Assembly (NCBI GenBank): GCA_007120555.1
Contig: SKNL01000196.1
Span: 1 to 25,136, forward strand
Direction of reading: 5' to 3'
From: Balneolales bacterium
GTDB taxonomy: Bacteria > Bacteroidota > Rhodothermia > Balneolales > Natronogracilivirgulaceae
DNA length: 25,136 bases
The notes beneath the pieces are model-generated. The model saw only the letters and a list, made by a program, of their open reading frames with translations. It did not search any database and had not been told where the DNA came from. The first letter of the stretch is position 1; every line of letters starts with the position of its first letter. Shown piece after piece: positions 1 through 8,071 of this stretch. The translations under genes and the position numbers were made by a program.

Positions 1-325
1 CTCCAACGGGCAGCGAGGCAATCTCTTTGGTGCGCTGGACCTTGTCCCCTTCTTTGACGAACCGGGCACCACCAAAAAGGACGATACCGGCGTTGTCCTC
101 TTCCAGGTTCTGCACCATTCCACGGATCGGGTTGCCGTCCTCGTCCTTGCAATCGGGAAGCTCCACCAACTCACCTGCCTGGACTTTGGACAGTCCGTAT
201 ACCCTGGCAATTCCGTCCCCGACTTCAAGAACGGTACCGACATCATAGACATCCGTTTTTGTATCAAAGCCGGCCAGTTGTTTCCGGAGTATGGCGGATA
301 CTTCTTCTGGTTTTACATGACTCAT
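1..325 (-). CDS. atpA: F1F0 ATP synthase subunit alpha, N-terminal part (runs off the left edge)
   Basis: Translated by hand from the ATG at 325: MSHVKPEEVSAILRKQLAGFDTKTDVYDVGTVLEVGDGIARVYGLSKVQAGELVELP...GMVQNLEEDNAGIVLFG. Contains the hallmark VGDGIARVYGL and NLEEDN motifs and follows atpH. Not in the ORF track because it has no stop in the window. Confidence 0.97.
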   Translation of the reverse strand, partial: MSHVKPEEVSAILRKQLAGFDTKTDVYDVGTVLEVGDGIARVYGLSKVQAGELVELPDCKDEDGNPIRGMVQNLEEDNAGIVLFGGARFVKEGDKVQRTKEIASLPVG

Positions 326-354
326 ATTGCTGCTCAATCAATACTTGTGAAAAC

Positions 355-900
355 TCACATTCCTGCTTTCTGGAATGAGGCTTCAAGTTGTTGTAGTTTG
401 TGTTTTACGGTTCCGTCAATGACGGTGTCATCGATACGGATGGCCATGCCGCCTTTCAAAGAGGGATCTTCCCTGAAAGTGAGAAGGACCTTGCCTCCCG
501 TTTTTTTCTCCAGCGCTTTTTTAAGGAGGTTGGTTTGATCGGATCCGGGCCTTTTTGTCACAAGAATTTCGATGTCCTGCAGGCCCTGTTCCTTTTTGTA
601 AAGCTGGCCGAATATGTAGGTGATTCCGGGGAGCTGATCCTCCCTCCTTTTTTCAATCATCAATCGGACGAGATTCCTGCTGATTTCCGAGAGATCCTTT
701 TCGAACAGCTCGGCAAGAACACGTGCCTTGATCTCGCGGGAGATGATCTGGCTTCTCAAAAAGAGAAGCAGGTCACCGGATCCGGAGATGCTTTCGCTGA
801 TCCGCTGCATATCGCGGGCAACGGCATCCACCTCATTGCGGCTTTTTGCCTCCTGGAACAGAGCGGAGGCGTAGCGATGGGCAACTTTTTTAACTACCAT
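355..900 (-). CDS. atpH: ATP synthase F1 subunit delta
   Basis: N-terminal VAHRYASALF and C-terminal DPSLKGGMAIRIDDTVIDGTVKHKL match the delta/OSCP family; lies between atpF and atpA. Confidence 0.96.
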   Translation of the reverse strand: MVVKKVAHRYASALFQEAKSRNEVDAVARDMQRISESISGSGDLLLFLRSQIISREIKARVLAELFEKDLSEISRNLVRLMIEKRREDQLPGITYIFGQLYKKEQGLQDIEILVTKRPGSDQTNLLKKALEKKTGGKVLLTFREDPSLKGGMAIRIDDTVIDGTVKHKLQQLEASFQKAGM

Positions 901-913
901 GAATCAGCGGGCA

Positions 914-1417
914 TTAGGTGAGTTCTTTGATGTAGCGGTCCACGATTTTCCTGTTACGCTCTTCATCGATCTCTTCATCCAGAATGCGGGAAGCTGCTTC
1001 GATGGCCATTTTTCCGACCTCTTCCCTGAGTTCAATCAAGGCTTTTTTCTTCTCCTGTTCAATGGTTGACCGCGCCTGGTCAAGGAGTTTTTCTGCTTCA
1101 GCCCTGGCTTTTTCGGTGCGGTCGGCACGCAGTGCTTCGGCCTCCTCTATCGCTTCCTTGCGCAGTCTCTGGGACATGGATTCGACCTCTTTCATGGCCT
1201 TTTCATTTTCCCGGGAGATGTGAAGGGCCTCCTCTTTGGCTTTTTGGGCCGCCTCCAGAGAATCCTTTATGGCTTTTTCACGTTCTCCAAGAGCATTGAG
1301 GATGGGCCTCCATGCAAACTTGGTGAGCAGGAAAAGGAACAGAAGGAAAGTGATGAGGATCCAGAAAAACAGACCGAAATCCACATCCAGCAGGCCTTGG
1401 GTAAAGACAGGATTCAT
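914..1417 (-). CDS. atpF: ATP synthase F0 subunit b
   Basis: Single N-terminal TM (FGLFFWILITFLLFLFLLTKFAWRPIL) followed by a long charged coiled coil; operon position. Confidence 0.96.
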   Translation of the reverse strand: MNPVFTQGLLDVDFGLFFWILITFLLFLFLLTKFAWRPILNALGEREKAIKDSLEAAQKAKEEALHISRENEKAMKEVESMSQRLRKEAIEEAEALRADRTEKARAEAEKLLDQARSTIEQEKKKALIELREEVGKMAIEAASRILDEEIDEERNRKIVDRYIKELT

Positions 1418-1464
1418 GGCAATGGTGTCAGGCGTTTACGAACAATGAAAAGCGTGGATAATAC

Positions 1465-1683
1465 TTACTTGAGAGCAAGAACAATACATACTACCTGTCC
1501 GAAAAGTGCAACACCCTCGATAAAGGCGGCCGAGATGAGCATGGATGTACGGATATCGCCGGAAGCTTCAGGCTGTCGGGCCGAGCCTTCCATGGCACTT
1601 TTACCGATCATACCAATACCGACAGCGGCACCGATGGTGGTGATTCCAGCTCCGAATCCAGCAGCTAAGTATGCTAATTCCAT
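1465..1683 (-). CDS. atpE: ATP synthase F0 subunit c (H+-type signature)
   Basis: 72-aa hairpin with IGAAVGIG, the ARQP loop and the carrier Glu in FIEGVALF; GAGG RBS upstream. Lacks the Gln in helix 1 and the Ser/Thr after the Glu that mark Na+-type c-rings. Confidence 0.97.
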   Translation of the reverse strand: MELAYLAAGFGAGITTIGAAVGIGMIGKSAMEGSARQPEASGDIRTSMLISAAFIEGVALFGQVVCIVLALK

Positions 1684-1727
1684 TATTTTACCTCATTTAT
1701 TACAGTTAATTGTTTGCAGGGAAAAGA

Positions 1728-2792
1728 TCAGTGGCCATGCTCATCACTGTGGTCGGCCGTGGCCATTCCAATGAAGAGCGCTGACAAGATGGTGAACACA
1801 TAGGCCTGAATAAAGCCGACAAGCGCTTTGATCAGATAGATAAACAGCGTCAGGAAAACCCAGAACCATGAGGTCCCGTACGCCACGCCCGATCCGAAAA
1901 GATCGGCAAAAATGAAAATGGTTCCTAAGATCGACAAAATGAGAATTTTTCCGGAGGCCATGTTGGCAAAGAGTCGGATGCAGAGAGCAAAGGGTTTGGT
2001 GAAAAGTCCGATCAGCTCCACCGGCAGCAGGATGAACTTGATGGGAACCGGCACCCCTGGGAACCAGAACACGTGCCTCCAGTGGTCCTTGCTTGCAAAG
2101 ATCTGTGTCGCCGAAAAAGTGAACAGTGCCAGAGCCGCAGTCACGGTGATATCGGCCGTAGCGGAGACGCCCCATGGCATCAGACCGAAGAAATTCATGA
2201 AGAGGATGAAGAAAAACACGGTCAGCAGGTAAGGGGTGAACATCTGGTATTTTTGAGAACCGATGTTCTGCAGAGCGATTTCATCACGGATAAAGATGAC
2301 CAGTGTTTCAAAAATATTCTGAAAGGGTCCCTGAGGTTCTGTAATTCGTCCGGTACCCTTGCGGTACTTTTTAGAAAGCGGGATAAAGATCAGGAAAGTC
2401 AGCAGGGCTGCAAGCCAGAAAAAAACCAGGTGGTTCGTAATGGAAAAGTCAAATTGCGGAGAGGTGCCGTCAAGGCGGACGATCTGATAGCTGGCCGGTT
2501 TGATGCGCCCGTCCACAGTCACCGGGTAGGCATCCACATAGGCGGCGTCTGTGAACAGCTCGCTCTTGTTGAGCAGCGAGGTGGTGCTTCGGTAGACATG
2601 GACGTTTCCATTGTCGTAGATGAGGCGGGGCAATTCAATGGTCGTCAGCGGTTTGAAATCGAGGTAATATTTGTCGACCACCTTGCCGATGAGGTCAATC
2701 CGGTTTTCGCTGCCGGTATCTGCATTGGAAACAACAGCAACACTTGTAGTAAATACAAGAGTCATAAGGAGAAAGCGCAGAAGTTGTTTCAT
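1728..2792 (-). CDS. atpB: ATP synthase F0 subunit a with a long FCB-type N-terminal extension
   Basis: IRLFANM (essential Arg at 1974-1976) and IQAYVF motifs. Start placed at ATG 2792 (MKQLLRFLL...), just after the atpI stop. The ORF-track extension to 3134 overlaps atpI. Confidence 0.95.
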   Translation of the reverse strand: MKQLLRFLLMTLVFTTSVAVVSNADTGSENRIDLIGKVVDKYYLDFKPLTTIELPRLIYDNGNVHVYRSTTSLLNKSELFTDAAYVDAYPVTVDGRIKPASYQIVRLDGTSPQFDFSITNHLVFFWLAALLTFLIFIPLSKKYRKGTGRITEPQGPFQNIFETLVIFIRDEIALQNIGSQKYQMFTPYLLTVFFFILFMNFFGLMPWGVSATADITVTAALALFTFSATQIFASKDHWRHVFWFPGVPVPIKFILLPVELIGLFTKPFALCIRLFANMASGKILILSILGTIFIFADLFGSGVAYGTSWFWVFLTLFIYLIKALVGFIQAYVFTILSALFIGMATADHSDEHGH

Positions 2793-2818
2793 CACGATAC
2801 CGACGTATGCCCTCTGTG

Positions 2819-3196
2819 TTAACGTGTTAGAATAAATGTCTCGAAAGCGGATTTGCAAATATAGGAAAATAATAATGCAACTGTAAAGCCAATTTGATTC
2901 AATTCGGTAAAAACAAAAACAACAACAACCGACACGCCGATGAATATCATACGGGTGAACATGGCAATCAGCATGGCGGTCATATATCTGTTCATCGATC
3001 CACCGCTCATCCTGACGAAAGGATAGAAGCTGGCAATGGCAAGCACCGTGGTAATCACAAGGGCTACGGGTATCGGAAGGAAGATTTCGAGTCCAGCCAG
3101 CAGGTACAGGGGTACACCGGCGAGAACCAGGCATGCGATGTCAAATACAATGACATAGCCGCTAAATCGGATCATTTCCCTCCTTTTCGGATTCAC
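2819..3196 (-). CDS. atpI: AtpI-like membrane protein (about 4 TM)
   Basis: 125-aa hydrophobic protein immediately upstream of atpB. The call rests on position and hydropathy more than on a motif. Confidence 0.7.
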   Translation of the reverse strand: MNPKRREMIRFSGYVIVFDIACLVLAGVPLYLLAGLEIFLPIPVALVITTVLAIASFYPFVRMSGGSMNRYMTAMLIAMFTRMIFIGVSVVVVFVFTELNQIGFTVALLFSYICKSAFETFILTR

Positions 3197-3461
3197 TGTC
3201 GGTTTCCTTGGTTTGTAAAGATGTGTTATTGTTTGAATGTGTGTCCTTGTATTCGCTTTTTCCTGTTTTGACGGCCAGTTTGATCACAATGGAGATCAGG
3301 CTTCCGAACCCAAGCAATGCCCCGACGATCACGCCCCAGGGGGAGAGGTCCCATCGCTTGTCCACATATATGCCAATCACAACAGGTATAATCATTGATG
3401 CGGCGATGTGGATCCCCAAAGCGATGAATTCACCGTATTTAACGAGGTTTCGGATGGGCAT
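3162..3461 (-). CDS. AtpZ/AtpI family (ATPase gene 1-type) small membrane protein
   Basis: From ATG 3461: MPIRNLVKYGEFIALGIHIAASMIIPVVIGIYVDKRWDLSPWGVIVGALLGFGSLISIVIK. The G-x-x-x-D...P pattern with two TMs is typical of the first gene of atp operons. Its tail overlaps the atpI start by 35 nt. Confidence 0.8.
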   Translation of the reverse strand: MPIRNLVKYGEFIALGIHIAASMIIPVVIGIYVDKRWDLSPWGVIVGALLGFGSLISIVIKLAVKTGKSEYKDTHSNNNTSLQTKETDSESEKEGNDPI

Positions 3462-3537
3462 GCGTATCAGTTGCAAGCTTAAGGGCCAGGCAGGGACCTG
3501 CGGGGGGGGTTGCAATAACGCAGGGCCGCTGTTGGCA

Positions 3538-3984
3538 TCAGCTTTCTTTCTTTTCCGGCTGTTTTTTCCAGGTGTCTTTGTTATTTCCCCTACCGGCATC
3601 GGAAGCAGCCAGGTCGCCCATCTTGCAGGATCCGTCGATGTGAGCCCCCTCTTCCACCATGAGTGTTTTGGTCTGTATGTCGCCCGATATTTTGGCCGAA
3701 GCACGAAGGATGAGCCGGTTTGAGATTTTCAGTTCACCCTGGATAGTGCCGGCAATATCGGCTTCCTTTGCAACAAGGTCACCCTTGACCAGGCCGGATT
3801 CCGAAACAATGCATTTACTGTCAGCATGCACCTCTCCTTCGACGGTGCCCGAAATGCGGAAGTCGCTTTTGCTTTTGAAGGTGCCTGTGAGAACAGAGCC
3901 GGCGCTTATGATATTGATGTTGGGTTGTCCGGGGATATCATTTTTCATGGCAGACTTTTGTGTTTTTGAGTTTTTTCCAAACAT
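3538..3984 (-). CDS. Bactofilin (polymer-forming cytoskeletal protein)
   Basis: IISAGSVLTGTFKSKSDFRISGTVEGEV...IAGTIQGEL...ISGDIQTKTLMVEEGAHIDGSCKM is the bactofilin beta-helix repeat pattern. Confidence 0.92.
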   Translation of the reverse strand: MFGKNSKTQKSAMKNDIPGQPNINIISAGSVLTGTFKSKSDFRISGTVEGEVHADSKCIVSESGLVKGDLVAKEADIAGTIQGELKISNRLILRASAKISGDIQTKTLMVEEGAHIDGSCKMGDLAASDAGRGNNKDTWKKQPEKKES

Positions 3985-4028
3985 ACTGGAGGATAGATAA
4001 TATTGTGATTAATGGGGTAAGAGCGGTG

Positions 4029-4901
4029 TTAATTTACATTTATATAGTATTCCGGGTCAAGCGAGACTCCGTTTTTCCACAATTCAAAGTGAACATGGGG
4101 GCCGGAGGCCAGCAGGCCGGTTTCACCTACTTTTCCGATGACATCCCCTTTTCGGACCACATCCCCGGTCCGGTGGATCACTTCGGAAAAATGTTTGTAG
4201 ATGGTAACGTATCCACCGGAATGGAGGATGTGAACGGTATACCCGTTGTTGATGGTCCATTCCGAGCTTGCGATTACGCCATCGGCTACGGTGCGCACGT
4301 CCGTGCCTTTCCGTGCGGCAATATCCAATCCGAAGTGTCCGATATCCGGCTGATATCTGCCGGTAAGGGTGCCGGTTACGGGCGGTTCAGCCGGAAACCG
4401 TACCTCACCCGAGAAGATATCGGAGTGAATGACCTGCTCCCCTTGCAGGGATTGCACGCCGGGAATATGAGCCAGGCGGTAGGTTACTGCGGAGCGTTCG
4501 GGTTCGTGTTCGGGCTCACTCTGTACAGCATTCCATTCCGGCGTGGACCTGATGTTGAATACGGTATCGGCCCCCTCACGGATCACGCGTTGAATTTGAT
4601 TGAGTTGCTGGTCGCGGACTTTCAGGGAATCCTGAAGAGCGAGGACCCTTTCATGGACCTGGATCACCGAGCTGCGTATGGCACGGTTCTCCATGTTGAA
4701 AAAGTAGGTTCCGAGCGGTGTGAAGTAGATAAGCAGGAACACCAGCAGAACTATGGCGATGTTCAGTCCAGCCAGAAACGCCATGAGCTTTCCCGGTTTG
4801 AGCGCATAACTCTCCTGCTGATGCGGGTTGTCGTCATCGAACAGCAAAATGGTCACCTCTTCGCGGCGACGTTCGAAAAGTTTCTTAAGCAGTTTTTTCA
4901 C
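4029..4901 (-). CDS. M23 family metallopeptidase with N-terminal TM and coiled coil
   Basis: HFGLD (HxxxD), YKH and GPHVHFELW (HxH) zinc motifs; TM segment LAGLNIAIVLLVFLLIYF; GTG start. Confidence 0.92.
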   Translation of the reverse strand: MKKLLKKLFERRREEVTILLFDDDNPHQQESYALKPGKLMAFLAGLNIAIVLLVFLLIYFTPLGTYFFNMENRAIRSSVIQVHERVLALQDSLKVRDQQLNQIQRVIREGADTVFNIRSTPEWNAVQSEPEHEPERSAVTYRLAHIPGVQSLQGEQVIHSDIFSGEVRFPAEPPVTGTLTGRYQPDIGHFGLDIAARKGTDVRTVADGVIASSEWTINNGYTVHILHSGGYVTIYKHFSEVIHRTGDVVRKGDVIGKVGETGLLASGPHVHFELWKNGVSLDPEYYINVN

Positions 4902-4998
4902 GGGATAACACCGGGATGTTCCGGCCTGTGCAACAGTTGTAGATGGTGGTCATCAATGTATGCAAATGTGGCAACAAAAGCTTCATCATCGGAGTAAG

Positions 4999-5026
4999 GC
5001 ATCGCTGCCACTTGCAGCAGCGATAC
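4999..5026 (-). terminator. Stem-loop just after the guaB stop (terminator or mRNA-stabilising hairpin)
   Basis: ATCGCTGC-8 nt-GCAGCGAT perfect 8-bp stem (10 bp with a G-U pair) about 12 nt after the guaB stop. No clear U-tract follows. Confidence 0.35.
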
Positions 5027-5038
5027 CGCAATAAAAGA

Positions 5039-6517
5039 TCATTTGCCCGAATAGTTCGGGGCCTCCTGGGTTATCTGCACCGAATGGGGGTGGCTTTCAA
5101 GGATTCCTGCGGCGGATATGTGCACGAACTGAGCGTCTTTCAGTTCCTTTATGTTTGCCGCGCCGCAGTAACCCATGGCCGCTTTCAGGCCGCCGGTCAT
5201 CTGGAAAACCACCTCGGAAAGATGTCCCTTGTAGGGTACGCGTCCTTCAATACCCTCCGGAACCAGTTTCTTGATATCGTCCTCGACATCCTGGAAGTAC
5301 CGGTCCTTGCTGCCCTGGTTCATGGCACTCAGGCTGCCCATTCCGCGGTAGGTTTTGAATTTCCGGGCTTCATAAATGATGGTCTCGCCCGGACTCTCGT
5401 CCACCCCGGCGAACAGCGACCCGATCATCACCGCTGTCGCTCCGCCGGCGATGGCCTTGGGAATATCACCGGTCTGCTTGATGCCGCCATCGGCAATCAG
5501 GCCGATTCCGGCCTTCGAGGTATAGTCCGCGACTTCCATGACGGCGCTGAGCTGAGGCACACCAACGCCTGTGACGATACGGGTGGTACATATGGATCCG
5601 GGACCGACGCCTACCTTGACAACATCCGCTCCTGCCTTGTGCAGCGCTTCTGCGGCTTCTGCTGTGGCAATATTGCCTGCAATGATCCTCAGATCAGGCC
5701 AGTCGGTCCTGATCTGGCGGACCGTTTCGATCACTCCCAGGGAATGGCCATGGGCCGTATCCACGGTGATGATATCGACACCTGCTTCAACAAGGGCGGC
5801 CGTGCGTTCGTGTGTCTCGGGGGAGATGCCTACGGCAGCCCCAACCCGCAGACGGCCCATTTCATCCTTGCAGGCATTCGGGAAATTTTTCTTCTTTTCA
5901 ATGTCCTTGAACGTAATGAGGCCGACGAGGACGCCCTCCTTATTTACGATAGGGAGCTTTTCGATCTTGTACTTCTGGAGGAGTTTTTCGGCGGTTTCAA
6001 GGGTGGTCCCCTCCACTCCGGTGACCAGGTTTTCCGAGGTCATGATATCGCCAAGTCTGGTAGCCGGATCCGATTCGAAGCGCAGGTCGCGATTGGTGAC
6101 GATTCCCTCCAGCACGTGGTTGTCGTTGACAATCGGGATTCCGCCAATCTGAAGACTGTTCATAAGGCTGCGTGCTTCAGCGACCCTTGCCCCGCGCTTC
6201 AGCGTAATAGGGTCCACGATCATGCCGCTTTCACTGCGTTTGACCAGCCGTACCTGCCCGGCCTGGTCTTCAATGGGCATATTCTTGTGCAGCATGGCAA
6301 TGCCACCTTCCCGCGCAAGTGCTATGGCAAGCCTGTATTCGGACACCGTATCCATTGCAGCACTGATTATGGGGATGTTGAGTGTGAGTCCGGGCGCAAG
6401 CTCCGTCTTTGTATCTACATTGCGAGGAAGAACCTTGGAGTATCCCGGGATTAACAGGACATCATCATAGGTGAGACCTTGACGGGTGATTTTCTGGTCG
6501 GATTTCCTTGAAGTCAT
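5039..6517 (-). CDS. guaB: IMP dehydrogenase with CBS pair
   Basis: [16 protein letters not shown], the catalytic [14 protein letters not shown] and YRGMGS motifs. Confidence 0.98.
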   Translation of the reverse strand: MTSRKSDQKITRQGLTYDDVLLIPGYSKVLPRNVDTKTELAPGLTLNIPIISAAMDTVSEYRLAIALAREGGIAMLHKNMPIEDQAGQVRLVKRSESGMIVDPITLKRGARVAEARSLMNSLQIGGIPIVNDNHVLEGIVTNRDLRFESDPATRLGDIMTSENLVTGVEGTTLETAEKLLQKYKIEKLPIVNKEGVLVGLITFKDIEKKKNFPNACKDEMGRLRVGAAVGISPETHERTAALVEAGVDIITVDTAHGHSLGVIETVRQIRTDWPDLRIIAGNIATAEAAEALHKAGADVVKVGVGPGSICTTRIVTGVGVPQLSAVMEVADYTSKAGIGLIADGGIKQTGDIPKAIAGGATAVMIGSLFAGVDESPGETIIYEARKFKTYRGMGSLSAMNQGSKDRYFQDVEDDIKKLVPEGIEGRVPYKGHLSEVVFQMTGGLKAAMGYCGAANIKELKDAQFVHISAAGILESHPHSVQITQEAPNYSGK

Positions 6518-6554
6518 GAAAGGGCAGACATTTGATTGGCGTTTATGTAAATTA

Positions 6555-6562
6555 CAAAATTA
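6555..6562 (-). promoter_or_regulatory. Candidate FCB-type sigma70 -7 box for guaB
   Basis: Minus strand reads TAATTTTG (TAnnTTTG consensus), about 38 nt upstream of the guaB ATG. No convincing -33 element found. Confidence 0.35.
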
Positions 6563-6603
6563 ATCGCGTTATGCGAACCGACATTTTTCCCAATTTTTTT
6601 TTC

Positions 6604-7776
6604 ATGAGCGAATTCATCCCGTTTAACCGAATCTGCAGAGGATCGGAAGAGCTTGAAGCGGTTCAGAAAGTTATGGAGGAGGGCAGCTGGCATGGGGACG
6701 GTCCGGTCGGGAAACGGGTGGAAGCCGTGTTGCGCCGGTGGCTAGGGACGCGTCACTGCTTTCTGACGACCTCGTGCACACATGCGCTGGAAATGGCCAT
6801 GATCGTACTGGAGATAGGTCCCGGCGATGAGGTGATCATGCCGGGTTTTACGTTTGTGTCGACGGCAAACGCCGTCTGCATGCGGGGCGGGACGCCGGTC
6901 TTTGCCGAAATCCGGGAGGCGGATCTCAACCTCGATCCGGACGATGTGGCCCGCCGCATCACTCCGGCTACACGCGCTGTAATTCCGGTGCATTACGCCG
7001 GGGTTTCTGCAGATTTTGACGGTCTCCACAGGGTCATAAAGGAACAGGAAAATGTCACCGGCGGCAAAATAGCCTTAGTAGAAGATGCCGCCCAGGCGCT
7101 TGGAGCCCGTTGGAACAACCGGTTTCTGGGCACGGTGGGTGATATTGGCTGTTTCAGCTTCCATGATACCAAAAACATCACTTGCGGTGAAGGAGGTGCC
7201 TTTGTCACCGGCGATAACGAGCTGGCCGTGAGAGCGGAACGGGTGCGTGAAAAAGGGACGAACCGGTCGGCTTTCCTGCGGGGAGAGGTGGACAAATATA
7301 CCTGGGTCGGCCCCGGCAGCAGCTACATCCCCTCCGAGATCCTGTCCGCGGTGCTGGAAGCGCAACTTCAGAAAAAGGAAGCCATCCAGCAGGCCAGGGA
7401 GTCTGTCTGGAATACGTATCGCAGGGTGCTTGAACCTGCCGCGGACCGTGGCTGGATTTTTCTGCCGCAGGTTCCCGGCTATGCCCGGCCCAACTACCAC
7501 ATATTCTATTTTCGCGTGCAGCGTGTGCGTGACCGCAACCCGCTGCTCAAAGAATTAAAAAATGCGGGCATCGATGCCACCTTTCATTATGTGCCGCTGC
7601 ACAACTCTCCCTGGGCCCGGTCGACACTGGGTGACGTCCCTGCATTGCCAGGGACCGAGCGACTGGCCGATTCCCTGATCCGGCTGCCTCTCTGGCCCGG
7701 ACTCTCCGACCGGATCGAAGAAGTGGCTGAACGCGTGCATAAAGTGATGATTCGCTATTTTGATTCACCGGGTTGA
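6604..7776 (+). CDS. wecE: DegT/DnrJ family PLP aminotransferase, dTDP-4-amino-4,6-dideoxygalactose transaminase-like (WecE/RffA)
   Basis: LTTSCTHALEMA, VHYAGV, EDAAQA, SFHDTKN (PLP Lys), GTNRSAFLRGEVDKYTWV and FHYVPLH are WecE/RffA-type motifs. Start placed at ATG 6604 (MSEFIPFN). Confidence 0.88.
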   Translation: MSEFIPFNRICRGSEELEAVQKVMEEGSWHGDGPVGKRVEAVLRRWLGTRHCFLTTSCTHALEMAMIVLEIGPGDEVIMPGFTFVSTANAVCMRGGTPVFAEIREADLNLDPDDVARRITPATRAVIPVHYAGVSADFDGLHRVIKEQENVTGGKIALVEDAAQALGARWNNRFLGTVGDIGCFSFHDTKNITCGEGGAFVTGDNELAVRAERVREKGTNRSAFLRGEVDKYTWVGPGSSYIPSEILSAVLEAQLQKKEAIQQARESVWNTYRRVLEPAADRGWIFLPQVPGYARPNYHIFYFRVQRVRDRNPLLKELKNAGIDATFHYVPLHNSPWARSTLGDVPALPGTERLADSLIRLPLWPGLSDRIEEVAERVHKVMIRYFDSPG

Positions 7777-7777
7777 C

Positions 7778-8071
7778 ATATTTCGTGACCGTTTTTTTTC
7801 ACCGCTGCGCTCCGCTAGTCCTGATGAACAAGAATCACTTTCTTCCTAACACAAAAACTTCCGTTTCCTCATGATTGAACCGGCCGGATGGGATGATTGG
7901 TTTGACTTCAACCCGAGCATGGGCATGGGAGGTGTGGAACAATTCAAAAGCAGTTTCGGAGCTGTTCCGTATGCTTGTCGAGCAGTCCGGCGCACTTCAA
8001 TGGTGGAAAAAATGTTGGGAACGGCCGGCAATTGGGCAAGAAAGTCCGGCGAGCGACAGCGGCTTCAATGA
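7778..8071 (+). pseudogene. 3' remnant of a GNAT/FemAB-like acetyltransferase gene
   Basis: Frame 7871-8071 reads ...WFDFNPSMGMGGVEQFKSSFGA..., which resembles the C-terminal motif of FemAB/CelD-like GNAT proteins. There is an in-frame TAA at 7847-7849 upstream, no room for an N-terminus after wecE, and its TGA overlaps the flippase ATG (ATGA 8068-8071). Confidence 0.6.

Noticed and set aside
1465-1683. Na+-translocating ATP synthase (suggested by the antiporter and a possibly saline host)
   Set aside because: The c-subunit lacks the Gln and Ser/Thr sodium ligands, and the gene order is not that of N-ATPase operons.
2793-3134. 114-codon 5' extension of the atpB ORF (468 aa in the track)
   Set aside because: It overlaps atpI in another frame and has no AtpB-like features; ATG 2792 gives a normal signal-like start.
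3960-4997. 345-aa plus-strand ORF
   Set aside because: Antisense to the well-supported M23 gene; no independent evidence.
4943-6454. 503-aa plus-strand ORF
   Set aside because: Exact antisense shadow of guaB; stop-poor reverse frames are expected from codon bias in GC-rich genes, and the product has no recognisable motifs.
6518-6603. Purine riboswitch upstream of guaB
   Set aside because: The 86-nt AT-rich divergent spacer has no purine-aptamer-like stems or conserved loops.
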